DNA from: Amphiscolops sp. MND2022
Taxonomy: Eukaryota
DNA length: 60,000 bases
Assembly (NCBI GenBank): GCA_964187785.1
Contig: OZ076409.1
Span: 6,822,001 to 6,882,000 of the forward strand
Reading direction: 5' to 3'
The position numbers and the translations under genes are program-made. Shown in pieces: positions 23,635 through 35,422 of this stretch (positions are counted from its first letter, which is position 1; the number at the start of each line of letters is the position of its first letter). The notes under the pieces were generated by a model. That model searched no databases, was not told the DNA's origin, and was given only the letters and a program-made list of their open reading frames with translations.

Positions 23635-24332
23635 TGACGTCATTACAGCTGGTTTAGGCCACAGTTTGTACACCGCTTATCAGCGATTCTGCTAGATTGT
23701 CCAAACTCAAAATTTCTACGGAGTTTTATGGTGAATTTTGGAATATTTCAGCTCTTACCTATATAGAACCCACACAATATGAGAAATTCTAGTTTTTTCT
23801 TGCAAAAATCGAATGAAGTTACTATTCGATTTTGAAACATTATTGAATTCAAACATTTAATAGATTGAAGAACAAGTTTTCCAGCGAAATAGCGATTTTG
23901 AATTTGACGGTTTAGAGATTAGCAATGTCAAAACTCTGGTTTAGGCAGACTTACAGAAAACTGGAACTGTAACTGGAACTTTCGGTTGTTATCTCAGAAT
24001 CGAAAAAAAAGTTCTTGAGTGCGAAAAATTGGAATTCATGCTCGGAATTTTTTAAAGATATCGTATCTGCCATAGCATTTTGTTTTGATAATAAAGTGAT
24101 ATTGAATTTGCTTTTGACCGTAGAACGTCTTGTATTTGCAGAAACATGAGTTTGCATAGTTGTTTGAAGATTCAGTTTGTCCAGTGTCACATATACTCAC
24201 GCCACTTAAAAACGAAGAGGTGTTGAGCAGTAAGTGTGAAAACTTTGGAGGCTAAGATTCAGCATTTCCAAGTTTAAACAAGTAAATCGTATCCAAAATC
24301 TCCATCAAACCAATGCGAAGTTGAACAAGCTC

Positions 24333-27300
24333 TGTAACGACCGGCTAGCGACGCACATCTAGGAAGAGGGACAATGCCTAGGGTGCTTAAACAGGAGACC
24401 GTTGTCTTACTACATCCCTAGGCACTAGTTTTTGTTCCCAACATGGTCTCCAAGGGGGACTTTTCTTGCGTCTAAGGAGGCTCCTCTAGTTAGAGCTCCG
24501 AGGCAACGCGCCGACACTCTCAAAGTCCGGACACGCCCCACAAGCCTGTAAAAATGAATCCTAGGTTCCTAACACATACATTCCTGCCACCTCCTACATA
24601 CTTCCGAGGTCCAAAAAGGTGTCTAACTGAAATACATTATATTTGGGTAATAAGGACTAAAATGGAGACCTAGTAGGTCAAACATCATCCAAATACTCTG
24701 TAAACGGTGACAAAACACGAGGATAAGCCCCTATAACATTACAGTTTAGGATTGGTCATCAGTTTGGCCTCTGGCATCATTCCTCATCTTCGGGGCAAAG
24801 TGGTCTCATTTGGCATTTTTCTGCCTAAACACTGTCTTTTTGCTGTCAGATGGCACAATTCCTGATTCTCTCGCCTTCTGGGTGATGACATGTCTGATAT
24901 TCACGTTACTGGGTGGGGTGGGGGTGCTTTTTTCCTATTTTGCTTCCTCTACGGTTTTCGTACCTGTCAGGTCTGCCATCTTGAATGTGCTTGTTTGATA
25001 CCGCCCATTTCGAATTTTTGATCGAAATTTTCAAAAACTTCTGCAACGTCCCTTGCCTGACGTTACATCCTCCCCGGGCCGTTCACATCCCCCGACAGAG
25101 GAAGTTCACATCTTGGTTGCCACCATCCAGTGATCCAGTGATACTGTTGCAACATGGTACGTCAGGAATCTAAATGGAAGTCTATGCCCAAAAACACGTT
25201 ACTGCACAAAAACATGAATTTTTGCCAGCCTAGCGGGCTTCATTGGATTCCACACCCACTGACTCCTAGCAATGGAATACTATTAGCAACTTTAGACACT
25301 TAGCATTGTATTCAAAACGTTTTCAAACTTTTTTTCGCACCAATATGACTAGCACTTTGTGTTACCGCATCTGTATTAGTATAAAAAGCACTTATCAGAA
25401 CATATTTGGCATTGGCCGGGGGCCCACGTGATAGATTAGGTTTTACAAAGTGCACGATAGCACTTAAAAGCGAAAAACAAAAGTAACAGCTGTGGTCTTG
25501 CAAAAGGTTCGTAGTTCATGGTCAACAGAAACTGCAAAATAAATAGCACCAATGGGCAAAACAGAGCTCAAAAATTCAAAATATCATCAAAAGTGAGGAT
25601 CCATTCTGTCTATTGTGTTAGCAGTGTATGTTCAGATAAGGTATCGTCTAGGTAGTACAAGCACCAGTGTATATGCAAGAGATGGAAATAAACTGCTTCT
25701 CAAAAGGATGACAATGTCAATAGTGATAACAGAGCAAATCCAATAAAGGTCGAAAATCAGGCATTATAGATCATGAAAACAGTCTTTGGCGTTAAAAACA
25801 AGTTCCAGAGCAGTCATTCTAGTTCTAAAAGAACGGCCGTTGGCCAAGCAGTTCTCAGAGCTTCGAAGCTCCAGGTGTTTCATCATGCTTGGTGTTGATT
25901 TCTCTCGGGAGAGTACGTGTACTCCCCGGGCCAATGTCTTGTCCGTTGCTTTCACATCGACATGGTTCACACAACTGTGGTGTCGAGAACCGAGGTACAC
26001 CTCACGCATGAATCGAGCAACGAACACTGATTTTTTGAGAAACCTGCTTGGCTACAGATATTAGATTGTCTGAAAAGTCAGTTTGTCACTCATGATGCCC
26101 TGTCTCTGGAGAGCACCAGTAATGACGTAAAAGTGATCAGGGACTGGGAATAGGCCTTGGGGTTAGTAGGAGGGAGGACACTGAGTTTGAAGTAATTTTT
26201 TGCCTTTATGACTGTAGTACGATCAGAAAAAGCGTTCTTTTTCAACTATGGTGTTCACTACTGTACTTGTCGTTCTGTTTTGAGACGCACTGCGTTCAAA
26301 GTCTGAACCTACAAAAAAGCCTATAAACAAGCTCCAGCACCCACAGGGTACACAGGGCACCAAGCAAGCGTGTTCACAACGGATAACTTACACTTAGGTG
26401 ACTTTGATAGCAGTCAGGAGGCGAGTTTCGATTTTTGGTTTTTCACCTCTATGTGTCGTAGACCGTTTTCTCTGAGACCCGAGATCTTAGGGTCGGTTTA
26501 GCACTAATCAAAGTGATTCAGCAGGACCTGGTGAGCGTGCCTAGTTTGCTATCGAGGTCGTTTGGGCCCTCACTGGCACGTACATTGACAAAAAGTGTGC
26601 GATTTGTCTCACAAAATTGCAAAATCAACAATTTGTTCGTCAACAGGCACCTCCAGGGAAAGTCAAATTCAGTTCTAGCGCTGCTAGCGACCTGAAAAGT
26701 TCACACCGTTTATTATACCAGCTAAATAGTTTGGAATTAACCTCCGATTGCCCCAAAACTGACTCTGTGAGTGTTGCGGTCACCTCACAATGTTCACTGA
26801 AAAATTGACTAAGTCGTGAAATTCACAAAAATTGGTCAAACTCGCCTTCTAGGCGTCCTAACTACCTGCAATTTTGTATGCGAGCGTAGATTATGCCCTC
26901 GTAGAAAAAACTACGGCGGCGAGCTGCTTGGAGAATTACCTGGTGATTCGGTTCGACAAAACCTTGATGTACCTGAGGTACCATTTGTTCGGGTCAAATT
27001 TCACAAAAATGTCAATTTCTCAGCTTTGGCTAGCCACTGGCTGCTCAAATTGGACAAATCGCCGGAAAACTTAGGTGCTGGGATACCTTGGAGATATCGC
27101 GCTAGGCTCAACTAAATTTCCGTTTTTTTTGCAACTTTGTGCACTTTTTGAGCAAAACTGTGGCCAAGATTTTTCCACGAGTATCAACAGTAGCGTCACC
27201 AAAATTACGCTACTAGCGCAATTTTTTACGCTCTATACGATGGTGCAAGCCGATTTTGGCTCTTCTTGTTAGGAGAGATTTCCACTCATCGAAAAAACGT

Positions 27301-29364
27301 GGTTGCCGAATTCCCAAAATGTCGCGAAAATAGCACGTTTTTGACTATTTCTCGGCAACCACTGCTTAGAATCACTCACGGTTTTCTGCGTTAGCAATCT
27401 TACACTTTATTATAACAAAAATTAGGCAAGCGAAACCTGGTAGATTCCAAACAGGGTCTCTTAAAAAATTTTCAGATTGCACTTTTACACTATCGGAACA
27501 GTACTGAAAATACGTATTTTCGCCAAGAACTTGCTGTTTCTTTGTTCTCAGGCGTTTCCATTGGTTCTATCAGCAACGTAGGAAGGTGTGACACTTTTAT
27601 TTAGGGGACTGGGTGATTTCAAAATTTAGTTCAGTTTCAATAACACTCAGGCTTATGGGGGTCCTCCACTCAGGTCTATTTGTAACAAAAGAGAAGCACC
27701 GATAAAGTCTCAATTTATATGGGGGATCGCTAGAAACCGTCTTGGTAGTAGTGTTTCGTACTATTACGCTCTACAATAAAACTTTTGGGCCCCTCGAAAA
27801 GCTTGCGGACTGATGCCCAAGGCTTCGCCCTGGCCAAATTTGGTCGAAACGGCCAAATTTGACGATTTTTAAACAAAAATTGCTAAGTTTTTCGCGTTTT
27901 TCAGAATCTTAGTCCAACAAAAGAATTTGTCCCCGACCTATTAGGTCTGTTGGAACGTTTTTCTAATATACCTACTGGCCGTACTCAATTCTACAAATTT
28001 TTGACTGTCAAAATTGGACAAATTGAGATTTGAGCCATGAATGGTGTTATTTTCGAGGTTTTCGCGCTCAAATTTTTCAACAACTGGTTTGAACCACCTT
28101 TGGGTATTTTTTCTAGTTAGTTTATGTGGGGTTGGGCCTGGGAATACGCTTTTTGGGCTGTTAAATACAAAGGGAAACGAAATAACCCAGCTAACGTCGT
28201 AGATTCGGCAGTTGGAAGGGACGCAGAGGCTATGAAGTGAAAGACCTTACGTCTTGCGCTCAGCTAGCTGGGGCCTTCACAGGTTGTCCTCGCAGTCCCT
28301 GTACCTTGCCAATTAGCTGAAAAGAAGCTGAAAACCCGTTAAAACACGTTCCGGATAGGCCGGAATAGTTCTTTCAGCAAGTACGGTTAAGGCAAAAGGG
28401 GTACACCGTCTGAAACTGTATATTTCGAGCTTTTGACCGCCTAAACATGCATGAAACGCAGGAAAATTACAAATACGAAGCCCAAATGGCCTGGCAAAGG
28501 CAATGAAAACAGTCTAGGACCCTCCAGAAAGCTTCTCCTAGATGCGGACCTAACAGGGCCGAAAAGCAGGAGTTGCTCCTAGTCTGATGCGGAAATGAAA
28601 AATCTCCCCATGTGGTCGCCATAAAAACTATTCCAGATGTAACGAGCTGCTAGAGACGCACATCTAGGAAGAGGGACAATGCCTATGGTGCTTAAACAGG
28701 AGACCGTTGTCTTACTACATTCCTAGGCACTAGTTTTTGTTCCCAAAATGGTCTCCAAGGGGGACTTTTCTTGCGTCTAAGGAGGCTCCTCTAGTTAGAG
28801 CTCCGAGGCAACGCGCCGACACTCTCAAAGTCCGGACACGCCCCACATGCCTGTAAAAATGAATCCTAGGTTCATAACACATACATTCCTGCCACCTTCT
28901 ACATACTTCCGAGGTCCAAAAAGGTGTCTAACTGAAATACATTATATTTGGGTAATAAGGACTAAAATGGAGACCTAGTAGGTCAAACATCATCCAAATA
29001 CTCTGTAAACGATGACAAAACACGAGGATAAGCCCCTATAACATTACAGTTTAGGATTGGTCATCAGTTTGGCCTCTGGCATCATTCCTCATCTTCGGGG
29101 CAAAGTGGTCTCATTTGGCATTTTTCTGCCTAAACACTGTCTTTTTGCTGTCAGATGGCCAATTCCTGATTCTCTCGCCTTCTGGGTTATGACATGTCTG
29201 ATATTCACGTTACTGGGTGGTGTGCTTTTTTCCAATTTTGCTTCCTCTACGATTTTCGTACCTGTCAGGTCGGCCATCTTGAATGTGCTTGTTTGATACC
29301 GCCCATTTCGAATTTTTGATCGAAATTTTCAAAAACTTCTGCAACGTCCCTTTTTGACGTTACA
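24333..29364 (-). mobile_element. Non-autonomous LTR element (LARD-like); LTRs at 24333-25067 and 28638-29364
   Basis: Two ~730-bp direct repeats with TGTAACG...CGTTACA ends. PPT GGGGAGGA (minus strand, 25068-25075). Possible PBS TGGCGACCACA (28611-28621). No recognisable gag/pol. Flanks ctc/ctc. Confidence 0.85.
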
Positions 29365-29370
29365 CTCAAA

Positions 29371-29811
29371 TTTTAAGTCGGCGCTTCATGAGGTGAAACG
29401 GGACTATTGTAGTGACTTTTTTTCAATCAACACGAACTGGTAAAATAGTTCTACAAAAGTTCTACGAAATTTTATGGTGTCAAATTGAACCATTTGGCCT
29501 AGCGAACAGAAGCAAAAACGGTTTTCCTTTTATTCCTCGTAACATACAATACTGGGCGAAACTAAAGGGTCCCCGAAATGTTTTTATTGTCTTCAAAGGG
29601 TCCCCCTTCAATTTTTTGATGTTTTGCGACAGAATGGTTTTGAAAGTACCGAAAGGGTAACCTTTTAGCGGGCCAGTTCGGTCGTTTGGGTTTTTCATAA
29701 AAAGTCTTTCGAAACTATTTTTGTAAGTTTGATACTTTGAGTTTTTTGACACTTTGATGTCCTTTTGCTATTTTTGAGCCCTATATGTGGCGGCGATTTT
29801 TGCAGTTTTCC
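29371..29811 (+). mobile_element. Helentron-like repeat, decayed copy
   Basis: TTTTAAGTCGGCGC start and tttttgagccc...ggcggcga end as in the other copies. Confidence 0.55.
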
Positions 29812-31287
29812 AACAGGTAGCTGTGATAAATTTATTGAAACGAGATGTTCAGAAAGGTTTCACAGTTTGCCAACCATGACTTCCCATTTACGCGCTGAAG
29901 ATTTCACGTACTCCAAATAGACTGACAATTCAACTGAATAAAAAGATCCATGCATATTTTTACCCTTAATGTGCCCATATTTTTAGGAAGAAGTTGTTTA
30001 ACGAAACGGGACCGTCTAAAGTCGGCGCTATACCTGAGGCTCAAAAAGCGCAACGTTTTGAAAATATGCCCAGGACGTTCTTATCTACGTTCTTGTCTAT
30101 GTTTTTATGTCAGAAAACAGTTTCAAAACATCCAAAGATGCATTTCGTGCTTGGAAAACGCTTCAGAAGTTCAGAAGTAGTGTGTTGAAACAAATGCGAT
30201 CGCTTTTTTTGATCCTACGCCTCTTCCTTAGTAAAACGCATTTTAGTTCCGATATAACGTCAAAAATTCGGAACTATATTTTGAAATAGTCTCATTTTGA
30301 AACAGTCTCATAGTGCCGAAAGATTTTCTAAGATCTATTTGCTCCGTGAACAGAAAAGAGCCTAAACGTGAAACTGCTGGAATGTAGGAAAAATTGACTT
30401 CAATTGGAACCTAGAGACAATCTGGTTCAAGAAGCGCATTGATTCTGCAAATCGACAGCTGAATGAATAGTTGGTCTTTATTCAACTTGTTGAAATGTTT
30501 TGGACCTCAAAAAGTTCCAAACTTTAAGGAAACAGTGCTGTGATTAGTTCAAAACATTTCAAGAAGTTTCTACTCAATGAGACTCAGGAAAACAAGTAGA
30601 ATTACTCTTCGTTGAATTAACATGCAAAATGTTATCAACCTTTCAACCATTACCGTTAGTTAACAATATTTAAAAGTCAATTTCGGCGGTCTTCCAAGAA
30701 TTCCAGATGTGTTCAAATTGTCACACAGTTTGAAGGTAGGTATCAATCATTCCGTATCATCATCTTCTGCTCCCTAAATGGTAATTCTCAATTAACATTG
30801 TGCAAACCAGTTTTTGTGGAATTTCCAACATAACAGAAGTTCTTTTCGTTTTTGGAAAAATTGGAAACGGTTGAAATTCAGCTTTCGAATAAAACTAAAA
30901 GTGCAAAAAATATTGTTACAAAACCTGGTGTTTTTCAATTTTTCCTTTGGAATACCTGGAATTTTTTAGTATCTGAAATTCTGTAGATAATCTCAAAAAT
31001 TCAAGAATCAAAAGGTTGAAAAAAGTGGCACCCGAAGTCTAAACCGTTGAAAACGAAAATTTGCCCGTTTTCATACAAACTCTCATTAGAGAATCGAAGG
31101 TCTTTGGCGAACGATTCGTTTTGTTTCCTTTTAACAAAAATTTATATCAATTGGCGTTTCACTCGAAAAAACTGGTTCCACCTCCGAAACACGATTTTAG
31201 ACAATAACCATTGGAAAAAATAAAAAAAAACTTTTCGCGGGTTATTCGTATTCTAAGTTACCTAGATGAGTTCTCCCAAAAAGTCAA

Positions 31288-31774
31288 TTTTTAGTCGGCG
31301 CTTTTATTAATAAAAGAGCCCGACTATTACAGTCACTCGTTTTTTTCAAGACAGACTCGAAGCGGCGAACGTTAAAATTAAAGTTCAACTACTAATTACA
31401 GTACTACTAAAATACTGGCAGCGCATTTAAGATACTGCAAAGGGCCCCCCCTTTCAGTTAGTACATTTTTATCGTAACCTACAAAACCGGCCGAGACTAA
31501 AGGGTCCCCCTCTTTTGATTTTTTTCGGCACTGTGCGACTTTTTTTCGAAAATTTTTTAATGTCTCAAAGGGTCCCCCCTTTGAATTTTTTGTTATTTTG
31601 CAACAAAATGCATGTTTATAAATCAAAAAAGGTTCCCCTTTTACATTTTTCGGCACTGTGTGACATTTTCCGAAAGAGAAAAATTTTCGAAAATTTCAAG
31701 TTTTTTTCCAAAAAAATGTTTTGCGCTTTTTGAGCCTTAGATATAGCGCCGTTTTTAGACGTTCTCGTCTTGTT
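31288..31774 (+). mobile_element. Helentron-like (HINE-type) repeat
   Basis: TTTTTAGTCGGCGC 5' end; 3' gcgccg followed by hairpin agacg-ttct-cgtct and TTGTT. Confidence 0.7.
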
Positions 31775-32341
31775 TGAGAGAAAACTCAGCGAATGTTTTA
31801 ATGTCGTCATTTTTTTCAATTTTTATCTTTGATAAAGTCAACGCCATGCTGCCTTTCCATGGACCCTGTGATGGAACATGAAACGGAATTGGTGAAACAG
31901 TCTATGCTAATTGCTGCCCCAGTTGAATCTACTCGGAAGTTTTTCGTTCTGTTTTCACGCATTATTTTTAAGACAAAATATGGGAATTTTGTTAGCATGC
32001 TTGCAAAACCTTCGTAAGATGCATTCTTCCACTATTTCAACAAAAATTGAAAATATTTCCACTTCTTCACGGACTCGATCACTGTTTTCACAATTCATTT
32101 TCTTAACTATTCAACTTATGTAATAACCGTTATTCAAATTGAACGTTGAAGATTAAAATAGTTTGCTAGAAGATCTCAGAAGCTCAATAGAGCTAAAGAA
32201 ATGTATTGATTTCATATTTGCACGCCTACTCTCAGAACTTTTTACATGTCTTTGTAGGTTACCAAGCTAATTTTCCATGATTTTATAAAACTGTCAAAGA
32301 AACGTCCATGCATTGAAACTTCACGGATTTGATTTAAACTC

Positions 32342-32790
32342 GGGAGCGGGACAAAACAGTCGGTTTTCAAAATAGGACAAAACAGCCGATTTTCAAAATA
32401 GGACAAAACATCCGATTTTAAAACAGTACAAAATCGCCGATTGGTAGAAAGAAAGATCGCCGATTTTGTGAATGCGTAAGATTAACAGTCAATAAAATCA
32501 TTATCATAACGTAGTCAGCTATGTTCACATACCCCTAGTGCTCTAAATGCAGGAGCGGAGCGACGTGCCATATGGCCATGCCTCAAAGTTGCTACTTGGC
32601 GAAGGAAGCGAAGCGACCGAGCCATACAACAAATATGGCTCTTAACAAAACCTCTTAAATAAATCAAGTTCCACACATATTGGCTGCAACAGCACTCATT
32701 TTGTTCCGTTTTGACAATCGGCTGTTTTGTCTCGTTTTGTAAATCGGCTGTTTTTTCTCGTTTTAAAATCGGCTGTTTTGTCGCATATCC
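32342..32790. mobile_element. Second copy of the 26-bp-arm foldback MITE
   Basis: Same arms and same central core as 2915-3370. Confidence 0.8.
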
Positions 32791-34670
32791 TTAATTTCAT
32801 CAAGCTACCTATAAAAATTGGAGGCAATGCTGCGCTGCAAAGTTTTGCAGGTTTCATTAAGACGCTGTTCTAATTTTGAAAGCAGCTGAGACCTTAATCA
32901 ATTTTACCGCGATTTCAATGCAAATAAACTTCAGTCACATCATGTGTTTCAAAGTAGCGTCATATTCAGCGCGCTATTTGACTAATGTGATTACATAAAA
33001 CACTCACTTGAGAAACTTACGCGTGAAACCAAAGTGATTGCAGCGGTGAACAAGTGGAAATGTCTCCAGTTTTAATTCAAGCAGTGGAGGCTGCATTGTA
33101 ATTCTACAAAATGTTTCCGAGCAGGCTCCCGGGATTTGTTTTGTTTTGTAAAAAAATTAGCCTGCATTTTTCCATGCAGCATGTAAAAAGTTCACGCAAT
33201 CTCGACTAGGGTAGTAATAAATTGTTACCGAACTCAAAGTTTGTGTGAGAAATATTAATTCTCGAGTTAGGAGAACAGTGATTACGTCATCGGAAATCGT
33301 TCCGAGTAGTAAGATACCCTAATTTTACTCAGCGGGCATCTTATCAAGGAGGTTATGTAATTTGTTGCTTAAAATTAGTCGTATGAGAATCCATCAGAAA
33401 CCTTCATTAAAATTTTCATTAAAAAAACCTTCATTAAAAAAACCACATAAAGATGAAACACGTCATGAAATCTCAGAAATTGTTCAAAACTAGTACTGCG
33501 AAATTGCAAATCTTATTGAAACAGATTGAATATGAGAGTTTGTGTACACAAATTAAAAACTTTATTGCAAAAAAGGTCGTTTCATGAAATGTGGCGCAAT
33601 TGGTGGTTTCAATAGCTGCTAAAAAATGACCAAATTGTCAAATCTTCCATTGATTTCCATGAAACTTCAAGTAAAGTTTCGCAAGATCCATAGTCTAGGG
33701 TGAGGCCCGTGCCCCTGCCCGTGCCCGTGGCCCGTATCAATGCCCGTACGCCCGTACAAAATTTTAGGCCCGTATATTTATAAAACATGCCCGTACATAC
33801 AATTAACTTATTGATTAAGTAATGCGTTTTGGGATCAAAAAACGTTTCTAAGAAATGCGTAACCCATACATTTCTGAGAAATTTCATTTCATTGCTCCGA
33901 AGTCCAGTCGAAAGGATTGGAAAATGTGGCTTTGGTTGCACAAAGTCGAAAATCGTGGATTTTGAACGATATTATTGCTTTGAATTTGTTTTATACCGGT
34001 GAATTGGACTTGTCCGATGAAACCTTCAGAAGAACTTCTGTTTGGTTGAATGCAATCAATGTTACTGGATTCGAAGAGTATGCAGCTGACAGAGAATTTC
34101 ATGGACCATAGTGAAGGCTAATACTCCATCAACAAACAGTGAAAAGCTAACTGAGCGACTATCATTTTTTCCCAATAAATTAATTCAAATTTAGTGAAAA
34201 GTTTACAAAACGCCTGAAAGGATTATGTTGAGATATGAATAGAAATGCCATTAGTAATTACCAGAAGTAAAAAATATTATCTTGTGAAAAAGGAGGACCT
34301 TTTACAGGGAATGATATCAAGAGAGTGAAAAACTAACGACGCTCTCTCTGCAAGAGATTCGCACTTCCAAGAAGACTTCCCGTCTGATGATGAAACATCA
34401 CATTTCCTTAAACAGGATGGAATAGTTTGAGAGCACCCGTCTAATTCTCATGACACTTTTTTGAAAAACAACTTGAATTAATTTCAAATTTGAGTAAAAC
34501 TATAGCTTGACGGGTTTCGTTGAAAGTGTATCTTGTTTTTTTTTCATCCAAAATCAAGTAAAAATGAGTAACGTACGTAGGCTACTTTAGTGACTTTTCA
34601 CAATTCACACCGAAATGACATAAAGCGATCCGAAGCGTAATGCACTTGCAAAAAATTACTTATAGATAGT

Positions 34671-35028
34671 AACAAGCCGGGAACGGCCCAAGTCGGCGCC
34701 ATATCTAAGGCTCAAAAATAGCAAAAGGACTTCAAAGTGTCAAGTATTCTCTTCTACAGTACCCACATGAGGAAAAAATTGAAAAAAAAATCGTTTTTTT
34801 CATTTTTTTGTCCCTGGGAAGTCGCATAGTGCCGAAAAATGTAAATGGGGATCTCAAAAAAGCCTAATTAACCTCTATCTCAAGTGCCAATAGAAGTTGT
34901 GTGGCATTTAGTGTTAGTTCAAGTCAGCTTATAAAGCTTACAAAATCTGTCACTTCGTTGGTCTTAAAAAAAGAAAGAAAAGTCACTACTATAGTCTGCG
35001 TTTTTCTACGAAAAGCGCCGACTAAAAA
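34671..35028 (-). mobile_element. Helentron-like (HINE-type) repeat, reverse orientation
   Basis: AACAAGCCGGGAACGGCCC hairpin, AGTCGGCGC / GCGCCGACT subterminal inverted repeats, A-rich ends. Confidence 0.7.
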
Positions 35029-35422
35029 CTAGCTTCTTTCATGCTAAAGCATTTCAACTTCAGAATGACAACATCTCTAACCTATCCCATTAGCGAAGTC
35101 AATTAGCAATTGAAAAAAAAACTAACTGCGATCTCTGACTAAACCTCCTGTGCCACAACAGCCCCGCGTTGGACCTGAAAAAAAAACAAAATAAATTAGA
35201 AATTGTTATGAAAGTATAACAAAACTTCTTCCGTCTTCTGAAACTATCAATGGCTGGTTTGCACAGCAAAGTGCACCAACTTATTCTTGATGAGTCAGCT
35301 GCCCTGAAAGCAACAATGACACCTGTTTTCCCAGCTCTGCTTCTGAGAAAACTCATTTTAGACTTCAGCAAATACCGTGGCTACGTAGCATGCTGTAAAC
35401 TATTTGTTCAGTACAGATAGAA

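Noticed and set aside
33884..35174. Further exons of the minus-strand secreted gene
   Set aside because: Plausible acceptors exist, but the phases could not be joined without a stop, so they are left uncalled.
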